Shown here one piece after another: positions 24,825 through 32,000 of a stretch of 32,000 nucleotides of DNA. The notes below the pieces were generated by a model. That model made no database searches. It was not told the origin of the DNA and was given only the letters and a program-made list of their open reading frames with translations. Source of the DNA: Nitrososphaerota archaeon (lineage in GTDB: Archaea; Thermoproteota; Nitrososphaeria; Nitrososphaerales; UBA57). Each line of letters starts with the position of its first letter. Position 1 is the first letter of the stretch. The stretch covers positions 30,696-62,695 of the forward strand of contig VHBL01000004.1 of assembly GCA_016871995.1 (NCBI GenBank), read 5' to 3'. Made by a program: the position numbers and the translations under genes.

Positions 24825-25568
24825 CTACCTTCCAATAAGTCTCTCAACCGCTAGTCTGCAATATTCCTTATCAATTTCAACACCTATTCCTCTCCTTGCA
24901 GCCTGCTTGCAAGCCAGCAACGTGGTTCCGCTGCCCAAAAATGGGTCGAATACTGTATCGCCAACAAAGCTAAAGAGCTTGATGCACCTTTTCGGAAGTT
25001 CGATTGGGAATGGTGCTGGATGACCCACTTTCTTCCTGCTTTCCCCGTTAAAAGTCCATACACCATTAGTCCATTGTATGAATTCGTCACGAGTGATGTC
25101 CGATTGTCCTTTCTTGATTTTCGGCCATCGTTCTTTGTACAGCACCAGAATAGCTTCAACTGGAGCTATTACGTAAGGTGCAGAAGCGCTAAGCCAAGAG
25201 CCCCAAGCCGTACGTCTTGAAATGTTCTGCTCGTTCCATATTATCGTAGTGTGATATCGCCAGCCGATTTTCTTCGCTATGGCAGTTATGTCAGCATAGA
25301 CGCTTCTTTGCCCTCCCTTATTCTTGTCAATAGGAATGTTCAAGCATAGCCTGCCATCAGGCTTTGCAAATCTATAGCATTTGGCCAACCATTTGCTAGT
25401 GAAAGTCAGATAATCGTCATAAGAAATTCCATCATTGTAATTGGCATATTTTACATTCACATCGTAAGGAGGCGACGTAATGATAAGGTCTACACTTTCA
25501 ATCCCTTTTAGTGCAAGAATGTTTGCGTTGTAGATCTGAATGGAATCAGTTCCAAAGAACGGTTTCAT
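24825..25568 (-). CDS. Orphan beta-class DNA methyltransferase (N4-cytosine/N6-adenine family; SPPY suggests m4C)
   Basis: Motif IV (IITSPPYDV) precedes motif I (VFDPFLGSGTTLLACKQAARRGIGVEIDKEY), which is the beta-class order. I prefer the start at ATG 25566-25568 (MKPFFGTDSIQIYNANIL), which matches the usual N-terminus of the family. The track start is 25640. Confidence 0.8.
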   Translation of the reverse strand: MKPFFGTDSIQIYNANILALKGIESVDLIITSPPYDVNVKYANYNDGISYDDYLTFTSKWLAKCYRFAKPDGRLCLNIPIDKNKGGQRSVYADITAIAKKIGWRYHTTIIWNEQNISRRTAWGSWLSASAPYVIAPVEAILVLYKERWPKIKKGQSDITRDEFIQWTNGVWTFNGESRKKVGHPAPFPIELPKRCIKLFSFVGDTVFDPFLGSGTTLLACKQAARRGIGVEIDKEYCRLAVERLIGR

Positions 25569-25597
25569 AGATTCGCGATTCTGGAGAGGCTTTAGCC

Positions 25598-25607
25598 TTA
25601 ATAAATA
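25598..25607. promoter_or_regulatory. AT-rich TATA-like element TTAATAAATA in the methyltransferase/aIF5B divergent spacer
   Basis: This is the only TATA-like sequence in the 86-bp spacer. It is ~35 nt from the MTase ATG (minus strand) and ~52 nt from the aIF5B ATG (plus strand). The latter is preceded by GTGATG, which is Shine-Dalgarno-like. Confidence 0.25.
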
Positions 25608-25654
25608 GCCTTTCAATATCAAGCTTGGAGTGACTGGCACGAAAGTGATGCGGA

Positions 25655-27439
25655 ATGAGCCAAGAAGAGCTGCGACAACCCATAGTGGTAGTGCTGGGTC
25701 ATGTAGACTCTGGCAAAACCTCCCTGCTGGACAAGATTAGGGGTACAGCAGTTCAAGCTAGAGAGCATGGAGGAATAACGCAGCACATTGGTGCAAGTTT
25801 CTTCCCGCTAGATCTGCTGAAGGAAATCTGCGGCCCAACGTTAGGCAAAAATGTCCAGATCAAGATTCCTGGCCTGCTTGTAATTGACACGCCGGGACAC
25901 GAAGTCTTCTCGAACCTTAGGAGCAGAGGAGGTTCAGCGGCAGATATTGCAATTCTTGTCGTGGATATTATGAAGGGCTTTGAGCAGCAGACCTACGAAA
26001 GTGTAGAGATTCTCAAGAAGAAAAAAGTTCCCTTCGTAGTCGCACTGAACAAGCTTGACACGCTACCGGGCTGGAAAACTACATCAAAGAAATCGTTGTC
26101 CGAAGAGCTGCAACGCATGGACAAAGCTGTCAGCAACATACTTGATACGAAGATTTACGATGTTGTCGGCGCATTATCAAGGGCAGGTTTTGTATCAGAA
26201 GCTTTCTTCAGGGTAAAGAACTTCACAAAAGAAATTGGAATTGTGCCAGCCAGTGCAAAGACTGGCCAGGGAATACCTGAACTGATATCAGTATTGGTAG
26301 GGCTTACCCAGCAGTACCTTGCACGGAAGCTCATCGCAAAGAGAGACAGTGCTAAAGGCATTGTGCTCGAAGTAAAAGAAGAACCGGGGTTAGGGCAGAC
26401 TGCAAACATAATTCTGATTGATGGAATCTTGCGGACTCATAGCAATATTGTATCTGCAAAGAAGGACGGTGCGGTAGTTATGAAGGTCAAGGCTATGTTC
26501 ATGCCGAAACCTCTGGATGAGATGAGAGACCCTCGCGATAGGTTCACCCCTGTAGAGCAAGTAGTTGCTGCTGCAGGAGTCAAAATTACAACGCCTGACC
26601 TTGAAGGAACTCTGCCAGGATCGCCAATAATAGGAATTTCTGAAGACGAGAGCCCGCAGAATGCGATAGAGCAGGTCAATTCTGAGATCAAGGGAGTCTT
26701 CGTAGAAACTGACCAATTGGGAGTAGTCGTAAAGTCTGATGCTATAGGTTCTCTAGAAGCCATAGTTGAAATTTTGAAGGGAAAAAAGGTGCAGATAAGA
26801 CGTGCAGACATCGGACCAGTTTCTAGAAGAGATGTGGTAGAAGCATCGCTTGTTGCAGGAGATGATAGATATCTTGGAGTAATACTCGCTTTTGGCATTA
26901 AAATATTCGACGATGCAAAGGATGAAGCGCTCGCGAAGGGTGTAAGAATCTTCTCCGACCAAGTGATCTACAGTCTTATTGACACATATACGGACTGGGT
27001 AGAAAAAGAGAAAGAAGCTGAATCAAAGGCAGAGCTCTCTCAAATAACTTATCCCTGCAAGTTCAAGCTTATGAAAGGAATGGTATTCAGGAGGAGCAAT
27101 CCTGCTGTCTTTGGCGTCGAAATCCTGAGCGGGAAACTGCAGAAGAAGGCAGTCGTGATAAACTCCAAAGGCGAGAAAGTTGGGGAAATTGAGCAGATTC
27201 AGGACAAAAATACATCACTTCAGGAAGCGGTTGCAGGAAGCGAAGTTGCAGTATCAATGGATAAAGTCATAATCGGAAGAACCATACTTGAAGGAGAGAC
27301 TCTTTTTACGTTACCTGCGGACAAACACGTAAGAATCCTGCGTGAAAAATACAAGGATGTAATGGCACCGGACGAGCTTAAAACATTCGAAGAAATACTA
27401 GATCTGAGGAGGAAGGTCGCGCCTCTGTACGGATTTTAA
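25655..27439 (+). CDS. infB: Translation initiation factor aIF5B (IF2 homolog)
   Basis: 594-aa ORF with VVVLGHVDSGKTSLLDKIRGT, IDTPGHEVF and NKLD GTPase motifs, and the typical aIF5B length and domain order. Confidence 0.93.
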   Translation: MSQEELRQPIVVVLGHVDSGKTSLLDKIRGTAVQAREHGGITQHIGASFFPLDLLKEICGPTLGKNVQIKIPGLLVIDTPGHEVFSNLRSRGGSAADIAILVVDIMKGFEQQTYESVEILKKKKVPFVVALNKLDTLPGWKTTSKKSLSEELQRMDKAVSNILDTKIYDVVGALSRAGFVSEAFFRVKNFTKEIGIVPASAKTGQGIPELISVLVGLTQQYLARKLIAKRDSAKGIVLEVKEEPGLGQTANIILIDGILRTHSNIVSAKKDGAVVMKVKAMFMPKPLDEMRDPRDRFTPVEQVVAAAGVKITTPDLEGTLPGSPIIGISEDESPQNAIEQVNSEIKGVFVETDQLGVVVKSDAIGSLEAIVEILKGKKVQIRRADIGPVSRRDVVEASLVAGDDRYLGVILAFGIKIFDDAKDEALAKGVRIFSDQVIYSLIDTYTDWVEKEKEAESKAELSQITYPCKFKLMKGMVFRRSNPAVFGVEILSGKLQKKAVVINSKGEKVGEIEQIQDKNTSLQEAVAGSEVAVSMDKVIIGRTILEGETLFTLPADKHVRILREKYKDVMAPDELKTFEEILDLRRKVAPLYGF

Positions 27440-27480
27440 AACCTTTTAAGCCCAAAAATTGCAAAGCTTTTGAACCAAAT

Positions 27481-27864
27481 TTGGCTAACTTTAAGATCAT
27501 AGTTTCGGATCCCTCTTCAGGGAAGTCCCAAGTAGTGGAGGCTAAGGAAAATCAAGCACAGCCTCTTGTTGGGATGAAGATCGGTGATGTGTTTGATGGC
27601 ACAATTATAGGAGTTAATGGTAAGGTGAAGATAACCGGTGGGAGCGACAAAGCTGGTTTTCCCATGCGCAGCGACGTTTCTGGTGGTGCGAAGAAATACG
27701 TGCTTCTTACAAAGGGCGTTGGCTTCAGCTCAGCAGAGAAAGGAGCTAAAAAGAGAAAGCTGGTAAGAGGGAACATCATTACAGAAGAGATATACCAGCT
27801 GAATGCGATTCAAGTAAAGGAGACAAAAGCGAAGCCAATTGCCGAAAATCCCAAGACAGCCTGA
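27481..27864 (+). CDS. rps6e: 30S ribosomal protein S6e
   Basis: 127-aa ORF. MANFKIIVSDPSSGKSQVVE...KITGGSDKAGFPMR...KGAKKRKLVRGN is classic S6e. Starts at TTG (27481). Confidence 0.9.
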   Translation: MANFKIIVSDPSSGKSQVVEAKENQAQPLVGMKIGDVFDGTIIGVNGKVKITGGSDKAGFPMRSDVSGGAKKYVLLTKGVGFSSAEKGAKKRKLVRGNIITEEIYQLNAIQVKETKAKPIAENPKTA

Positions 27865-29065
27865 TACCAACATCGGAACTGCTGGTCATGTAGACCATGG
27901 CAAGAGCACTATTATTCAAGCAATAACTGGAGTCTGGACAAGCGCTCACAGCGAAGAGCTCCGAAGAGGCATCACAATCAGAGTGGGATATGCTGACGCT
28001 GCAATATACGAATGCAAGGCTTGCTCTGCTCCTGTAGGTTATTCGACATCTCCAAAATGTCCCAACTGTGGAAAAGAATCAGAATTAAGAAGAGTAATTA
28101 GTTTTGTAGACTGTCCAGGCCATGAAAGCCTGATGGCAAACATGCTTTCTGGTGCAGCGATAATGGACGGTGCTATGCTTGTCATAGCAGCAAACGAGAA
28201 AGTTCCGCAGCCTCAGACAAGAGAGCATCTACTGGCTTTGCAGATGCTTGGAGCCAAGCAAGTCGTTATCGTGCAGAATAAGGTTGATCTTATAAGCGAA
28301 GCAGAGGCTAGAGCAAATTATGACAACATAAAATCCTTCGTTGCAGGCTCTGTTGCTGAGAATGCGTCGATAATACCAATCTCTGCTCAGCACAAGTTGA
28401 ACATAGATGCCCTGTTGCAGGCTCTGGACGAGAATATAAAAGCAGCAAGGAGAGACACTAACGCGCCTCCAATGATGCAAGTCTTGAGGTCGTTCGACAT
28501 AAACAGGCCTGGCATTATCATAGATTCCCTGAAGGGTGGAGTAGTGGGAGGGACATTGTTGCAAGGAGTTCTGAATATAGGTGACGAAATAGAAATCAGA
28601 CCCGGGATTGCGGACGAGAAATCACATTATATGTCAATTCGAACAAAGGTAGCAAGCCTTGCTACTGGTGCAGGTTTGACAGATGCAGTAAAGCCAGGTG
28701 GCTTGGTTGCCGTAGGCACCGAGCTTGACCCATTTTATGTAAAGAGCGATAACCTTGTCGGCTCCTTGATAGGCAAAACCAATGATCTCCCTCCAGTCCA
28801 CGAAACTCTTACAGTAGAAACTCAATTGTTTGACCTTGCAGTCGGGGCACCTGAGATGATAAAAGTCGAAAAGATAAAGGTAGGTGAAGCATTAAGGCTT
28901 AATGTTGGAACAGCTATCACTGCTGGTATTGTATCTGCAACTAAAGACTCTAGCATAACAGTCAAGCTGCGGAGACCTGTTTGCACCCCAGAGAATAGCA
29001 GGGTGGCATTAAGCAGGAGAATTGGAGAGCGGTGGCGACTTATAGGATCTGGTAAACTTTCCTAG
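27839..29065 (+). CDS. eif2g: Translation initiation factor aIF2 gamma subunit
   Basis: 408-aa ORF with QPDTNIGTAGHVDHGKST, the zinc knuckle CKACS...CPNCG, DCPGHE and NKVD. The TTG start at 27839 overlaps the S6e 3' end by 26 nt. Confidence 0.93.
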   Translation: MPKIPRQPDTNIGTAGHVDHGKSTIIQAITGVWTSAHSEELRRGITIRVGYADAAIYECKACSAPVGYSTSPKCPNCGKESELRRVISFVDCPGHESLMANMLSGAAIMDGAMLVIAANEKVPQPQTREHLLALQMLGAKQVVIVQNKVDLISEAEARANYDNIKSFVAGSVAENASIIPISAQHKLNIDALLQALDENIKAARRDTNAPPMMQVLRSFDINRPGIIIDSLKGGVVGGTLLQGVLNIGDEIEIRPGIADEKSHYMSIRTKVASLATGAGLTDAVKPGGLVAVGTELDPFYVKSDNLVGSLIGKTNDLPPVHETLTVETQLFDLAVGAPEMIKVEKIKVGEALRLNVGTAITAGIVSATKDSSITVKLRRPVCTPENSRVALSRRIGERWRLIGSGKLS

Positions 29066-29449
29066 ATGACTAAAAAAGAAATCGTTTTGGATTCAAACTT
29101 TCTGATGGTTCTTTCAAGAACAAAGCTCTCCGAGACTCTGCCCTTGAACTCCCTGCTCGCCAATTACAAGATGATTGTGCCAAAAGCTATTGTTGGAGAG
29201 CTAGAAAAGCTAGCAAAAGGAAAATCCAACAAAGCGAAGAATGCAAGAACTGCTCTTGGAGTTGCAAGAAAGTGTGAAGCAATAGATGAAAACATCGAAG
29301 GAAGTGCTGATGACGCTATATTGGAAGTTGCACATAAACGAAATGCTGTAGTTGCTACGCTAGATAGAGAACTAATTGCTAGTTTGAAAAGAACGGGCGT
29401 ACCTGTGGTAACGCTGAGAAAGAACAGGCTAGAAGGATTGGATGTGTGA
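29066..29449 (+). CDS. PIN-domain protein (Fcf1/Utp24-like, the conserved neighbour of aIF2-gamma and Rpo7 in archaea)
   Basis: 127-aa ORF with IVLDSNFLMV (PIN acidic N-terminal strand), DDAILEVA and ATLDRELI. The start is directly adjacent to the aIF2-gamma stop. Confidence 0.75.
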   Translation: MTKKEIVLDSNFLMVLSRTKLSETLPLNSLLANYKMIVPKAIVGELEKLAKGKSNKAKNARTALGVARKCEAIDENIEGSADDAILEVAHKRNAVVATLDRELIASLKRTGVPVVTLRKNRLEGLDV

Positions 29450-29505
29450 AGGGAAAAACTCTTAAACCTTGCCATTTTCTGTCAGAAGCCTCCGGGGATG
29501 TTGTT

Positions 29506-30078
29506 TTGTTTCAGGTAATTGAATTAAATGATGTAGTTAGACTGCCTCCTGCAAAATTTGGAGAGCCTCTGCAGGATGTAGCAAAAGAAATTCTGAAGCA
29601 GAAGTATGAGAGTTTGATCTCTCCAGATCTAGGCTACGTAATTCTAATAATGGGTGTAAAAGCAGACGAAGTAGGCAAAGTAATCCCGGGAGATGGCTCA
29701 ACGTATCACAAGGCTAAAGTTGAGCTATTGACATTCATTCCCAAGATACAGGAAGTTGTTGAGGGTGAAATAGTAGAAATTACTGACTTTGGAGCATTCG
29801 TTAGAGTGGGTCCAGCAGATGCACTGTTGCACCTTTCGCAAATTACGGACGATTATCTGACCAGCGACGTGAAGCAGGGCATGATACTTGCCAGCCAGAG
29901 CAAGAGAACCTTAAAGGTTGGATCAAGGGTCAGGGTCAGAATAACCGCGGTAAGTTTGGGTAGAGGAGCAGCTATGGCAAAGATCGGAGTTACCTGCAGG
30001 CAACCACTTCTTGGTGCGTTGGAATGGATCGAAGAGGATGCCAAGAAATCATCCAAGGCTGAATCAAAGAAGGGTTAA
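29506..30078 (+). CDS. rpo7: DNA-directed RNA polymerase subunit Rpo7 (RpoE')
   Basis: (M/L)FQVIELNDVVRLPPAKFGEPL aligns with the usual Rpo7 N-terminus. The S1 domain reads VVEGEIVEITDFGAFVRVGPADALLHLSQI. I prefer the TTG at 29506. The track start, GTG 29446, forms a GTGA overlap with the PIN stop and adds 20 non-conserved residues, and it remains possible. Confidence 0.88.
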   Translation: MFQVIELNDVVRLPPAKFGEPLQDVAKEILKQKYESLISPDLGYVILIMGVKADEVGKVIPGDGSTYHKAKVELLTFIPKIQEVVEGEIVEITDFGAFVRVGPADALLHLSQITDDYLTSDVKQGMILASQSKRTLKVGSRVRVRITAVSLGRGAAMAKIGVTCRQPLLGALEWIEEDAKKSSKAESKKG

Positions 30079-30080
30079 AA

Positions 30081-30269
30081 TTGGCTAAAGAATATGCGTG
30101 CAGGATTTGCAGGACGCTTACCACAGGCAGGGTATGTCCAAACTGCAATTCTACGGAATTAAGCTCTAACTGGTCAGGCCTTGTAGTCGTCTTAAACGTG
30201 GAAAAATCTCAAATTGCAAAAGCCTTAGCGGCCCAGAAGCCGGGTAGATATGCTTTGAAGGTAGCTTAA
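30081..30269 (+). CDS. spt4: Transcription elongation factor Spt4 (RpoE'')
   Basis: 62-aa ORF. It has the zinc ribbon CRIC-x10-CPNC, then WSGLVVVLNVEKSQIA, typical of archaeal Spt4. Starts at TTG. Confidence 0.88.
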   Translation: MAKEYACRICRTLTTGRVCPNCNSTELSSNWSGLVVVLNVEKSQIAKALAAQKPGRYALKVA

Positions 30270-30315
30270 GATTTGTCCTCAATTGTTAAATAACCTTGAT
30301 GCGAGCGTATCAAAC

Positions 30316-31536
30316 ATGAAGGCCAGCAGAGTAGTTTCAATTCTATTAGTGATAGCATTAATTGCCTCCAATATAGGTGCTGCAACGGCAGTTGAGCTCA
30401 CATTCTCGACTAGCAAGACAGAATATTTCTTTGGTGAAGTTCTCGCCCTGACAGGTATGACAGACCCTAGAAAGGTTGTTACACTGCAGCTCTTCAACCC
30501 TATAGGCGATCTATTAGCTATTGACCAGTTTGAGGCTGACGCCAGTGGTAACTTCCAGAGAAACTTTCTGACATTCCCTGCGGAGGCATCACAAAGATAT
30601 ACTCAAGGCGAATATACTGTAAAGGCTATCGTCGAAGGGGCTACGGCTGAAAAGAAGATCATTTTGCGACAGGTTGGGCCTCCTCTTTCGCCTCAGGCTC
30701 CGACTGGGGTTAGGGTCACAGTTCAATCCATCCCCGAAAGGTACATTTTAGTGAACAGGTATGGACAGTTAACATACAGAGTTGAAGTATTTAGGCTTGA
30801 ACCTAAAATCAGTGTGGCAGTAGAATCTGCCCCTAACGTATTCGATGAAGCTAACAAGGTAACATCCAAGCTCTCGAGGTTGATAGAATTTACAGACTCT
30901 AACAACGACAACGACTACCAGAAAGGAGTGGATGCTGACATCAGAAGGGTAGATTCATCGGAATTGACTTGGACTAACCAGCTCGTAAACCAGTCCTTTA
31001 CCAGATGGCAGTACACAGCAGTCCTCAGAGGCGTAAAGGATAATTTGAATGTTAACCTCAATGTAACTGTGGTTGGCGGAGAAGGAAATGCTACTGTAAC
31101 TCTGCGTATAGCAGGGCATAGTTTCGGAAACCCTAGCAACAAGCTTGCTCTGATGTGGGAGGGTAAGGCAGGGAAGGAACTTGATATCGGTCCAGCAGAA
31201 TTCGGAATCAATATCAGAAGCGGCACTAGCTTCACTTCACCCTTCCAGAGGTTAGATGCCAATGCTAACATCGACGGAGCCAGTATAGCGGTAAGGTCAA
31301 GAATTGTGGAAGAGACGGAGGACCTACACGAAGGAGATACACAGAAAATAATCTATACAACACTGCCAGCTTTCGGAACAGCCGCAACACAAAGATCAAT
31401 TATTGGAGCAAGAATAGGAGTCCCCGTTCCAGAATTCCCTCCATTTGGGATAATTTTTGCGTTTGCCATTCTAGTCTCTGCGGTAGTTGTAATGCGGAGA
31501 AGGGGCTCTCCAATATTCGCACAGATGCCGAAGTAA
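30316..31536 (+). CDS. Secreted surface protein with PEF-type C-terminal sorting signal (archaeosortase-substrate-like)
   Basis: The signal peptide MKASRVVSILLVIALIASNIGAATA follows the ATG at 30316 (track TTG 30283). The N-terminal region looks like an Ig-like domain. The C-terminus is tripartite: PEFPPFG, the hydrophobic helix IIFAFAILVSAVVVM, then RRR. Confidence 0.6.
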   Translation: MKASRVVSILLVIALIASNIGAATAVELTFSTSKTEYFFGEVLALTGMTDPRKVVTLQLFNPIGDLLAIDQFEADASGNFQRNFLTFPAEASQRYTQGEYTVKAIVEGATAEKKIILRQVGPPLSPQAPTGVRVTVQSIPERYILVNRYGQLTYRVEVFRLEPKISVAVESAPNVFDEANKVTSKLSRLIEFTDSNNDNDYQKGVDADIRRVDSSELTWTNQLVNQSFTRWQYTAVLRGVKDNLNVNLNVTVVGGEGNATVTLRIAGHSFGNPSNKLALMWEGKAGKELDIGPAEFGINIRSGTSFTSPFQRLDANANIDGASIAVRSRIVEETEDLHEGDTQKIIYTTLPAFGTAATQRSIIGARIGVPVPEFPPFGIIFAFAILVSAVVVMRRRGSPIFAQMPK

Positions 31537-31672
31537 GTTTTGGTTATCTCATGGAATAACACCGAAAGCAATTTTCTTAGAAAATTAACAAAAATTATTG
31601 ATTTTTGCTATTAGTGTGGGTGTGTTAGCTGTACCGCTTATAAATTTTAATTATTAATTAATCCGTCTTGGG

Positions 31673-32000
31673 CTTTCAATCCTACAATAGTTCGATTCAA
31701 ACCGTTGCAGCAGCTCTCATTGACACAACAGCAACCTGCTTTCAATCCTTGTTTTAATGGATCACCCTTTTGGCCAATTCTAGAGATGCTCAGTTAGTGA
31801 AGTTATTAGAGTTTCAATCCTTGTTTTAATGGATCACCCTTTTGGCCTTTTAAAGCACCATGATACTCATAGGTATTTCGCTGTTTCAATCCTTGTTTTA
31901 ATGGATCACCCTTTTGGCCGACTAGTGTTGCCTGAAATTATCTTAGCAAGTTCCTCGTTTCAATCCTTGTTTTAATGGATCACCCTTTTGGCCGCAAATA
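31673..32000 (-). CRISPR. CRISPR array (continues past window end): 4 intact 37-bp repeats plus 1 degenerate terminal repeat
   Basis: The repeat GTTTCAATCCTTGTTTTAATGGATCACCCTTTTGGCC occurs at 31739-31775 (first base C), 31811-31847, 31883-31919 and 31957-31993. Unique spacers of 35, 35 and 37 nt separate them. A degenerate copy at ~31673-31709 keeps only CTTTCAATCCT. The reverse complement ends in GGATTGAAAC, so I orient the array on the minus strand. Confidence 0.92.

Noticed and set aside
19838-25640. Idea that the KaiC-like ATPase, the methyltransferase and neighbouring unknown proteins form one defence island or system.
   Set aside because: The genes are on different strands and are interrupted by a metabolic aldehyde dehydrogenase. 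They have separate promoter-like elements and no nuclease, helicase or other typical defence domains. There is no evidence of co-transcription or of mobile-element borders such as integrase, tRNA or direct repeats.
24818-25654. Search for a restriction endonuclease or other defence partner next to the DNA methyltransferase.
   Set aside because: Both flanks are fully occupied by the aldehyde dehydrogenase and aIF5B. The only other ORFs (24884-25159 minus, 25020-25220 plus) are internal shadow frames of the MTase gene itself.
31560-31672. AT-rich segment left of the array, considered as the CRISPR leader.
   Set aside because: The repeat polarity (reverse complement ends in ATTGAAAC) and the degenerate repeat at this end both argue that this is the trailer side. 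AT-richness alone is not diagnostic. Still, the orientation is inferred rather than proven.
31637-31672. Possible further decayed repeat: TTTTAATTATTAATTAATCCGTCTTGGG resembles the repeat segment TTTTAATGGATCACCCTTTTGGCC.
   Set aside because: The similarity is limited to a short AT-rich core and the end. It would leave no spacer before the next unit, so I cannot distinguish it from chance without an alignment score.

Overview
This is an archaeal chromosomal window. The evidence is the aIF5B, S6e, aIF2-gamma, PIN, Rpo7 and Spt4 cluster, TATA boxes about 26 nt upstream of start codons, and a PEF-type C-terminal sorting signal. My guess is a TACK/Thaumarchaeota-like lineage, but that is unverified. 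GC looks mid-40s % by eye and was not computed. All calls rest on reading the translated ORFs and motifs; no database search was possible.

Layout:
- 1-10.65 kb (minus strand): one tightly coupled purine operon, purS-purQ-purL-purF-purF'-purD-purE-purC-purM, followed by a 2-hydroxyacid dehydrogenase cut by the window edge.
- 10.7-13.2 kb: endonuclease IV, a Cys-rich secreted peptide, a SpoIIM-like membrane protein and a PDCD5-like DNA-binding protein.
- 13.2-17.8 kb (minus strand): two coupled ORFs carrying glutamate-synthase domains in a rearranged order, divergent from an Lrp/AsnC regulator.
- 18.5-25.6 kb: a mixed, more accessory-looking stretch. It holds a cytidylate-kinase-like protein, MsrA, a GYD protein, a membrane-anchored ConA/LamG-like protein, a KaiC-like ATPase fused to wHTH and three Zn ribbons, a secreted DUF4367-like protein, an aldehyde dehydrogenase and an orphan SPPY DNA methyltransferase.
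- 25.6-30.3 kb (plus strand): the conserved informational cluster.
- 30.3-31.5 kb: a PEF-CTERM-like surface protein.
- 31673 to window end: a CRISPR array of 37-bp repeats, with no cas genes on the visible side.

Most interesting observations:
1. A PurF paralog with an erased glutaminase site (Cys1->Pro), sitting next to the canonical purF.
2. A split and permuted glutamate-synthase-like pair that includes an internally duplicated, degenerate FMN barrel.
3. The KaiC-like/wHTH/triple-Zn-ribbon protein, preceded by a perfect 18-bp palindrome.
4. The CRISPR array, whose repeat polarity and degenerate terminal repeat indicate minus-strand transcription from a leader outside the window.

I found no compact, clearly novel multi-gene defence-type system that I could support from sequence alone.
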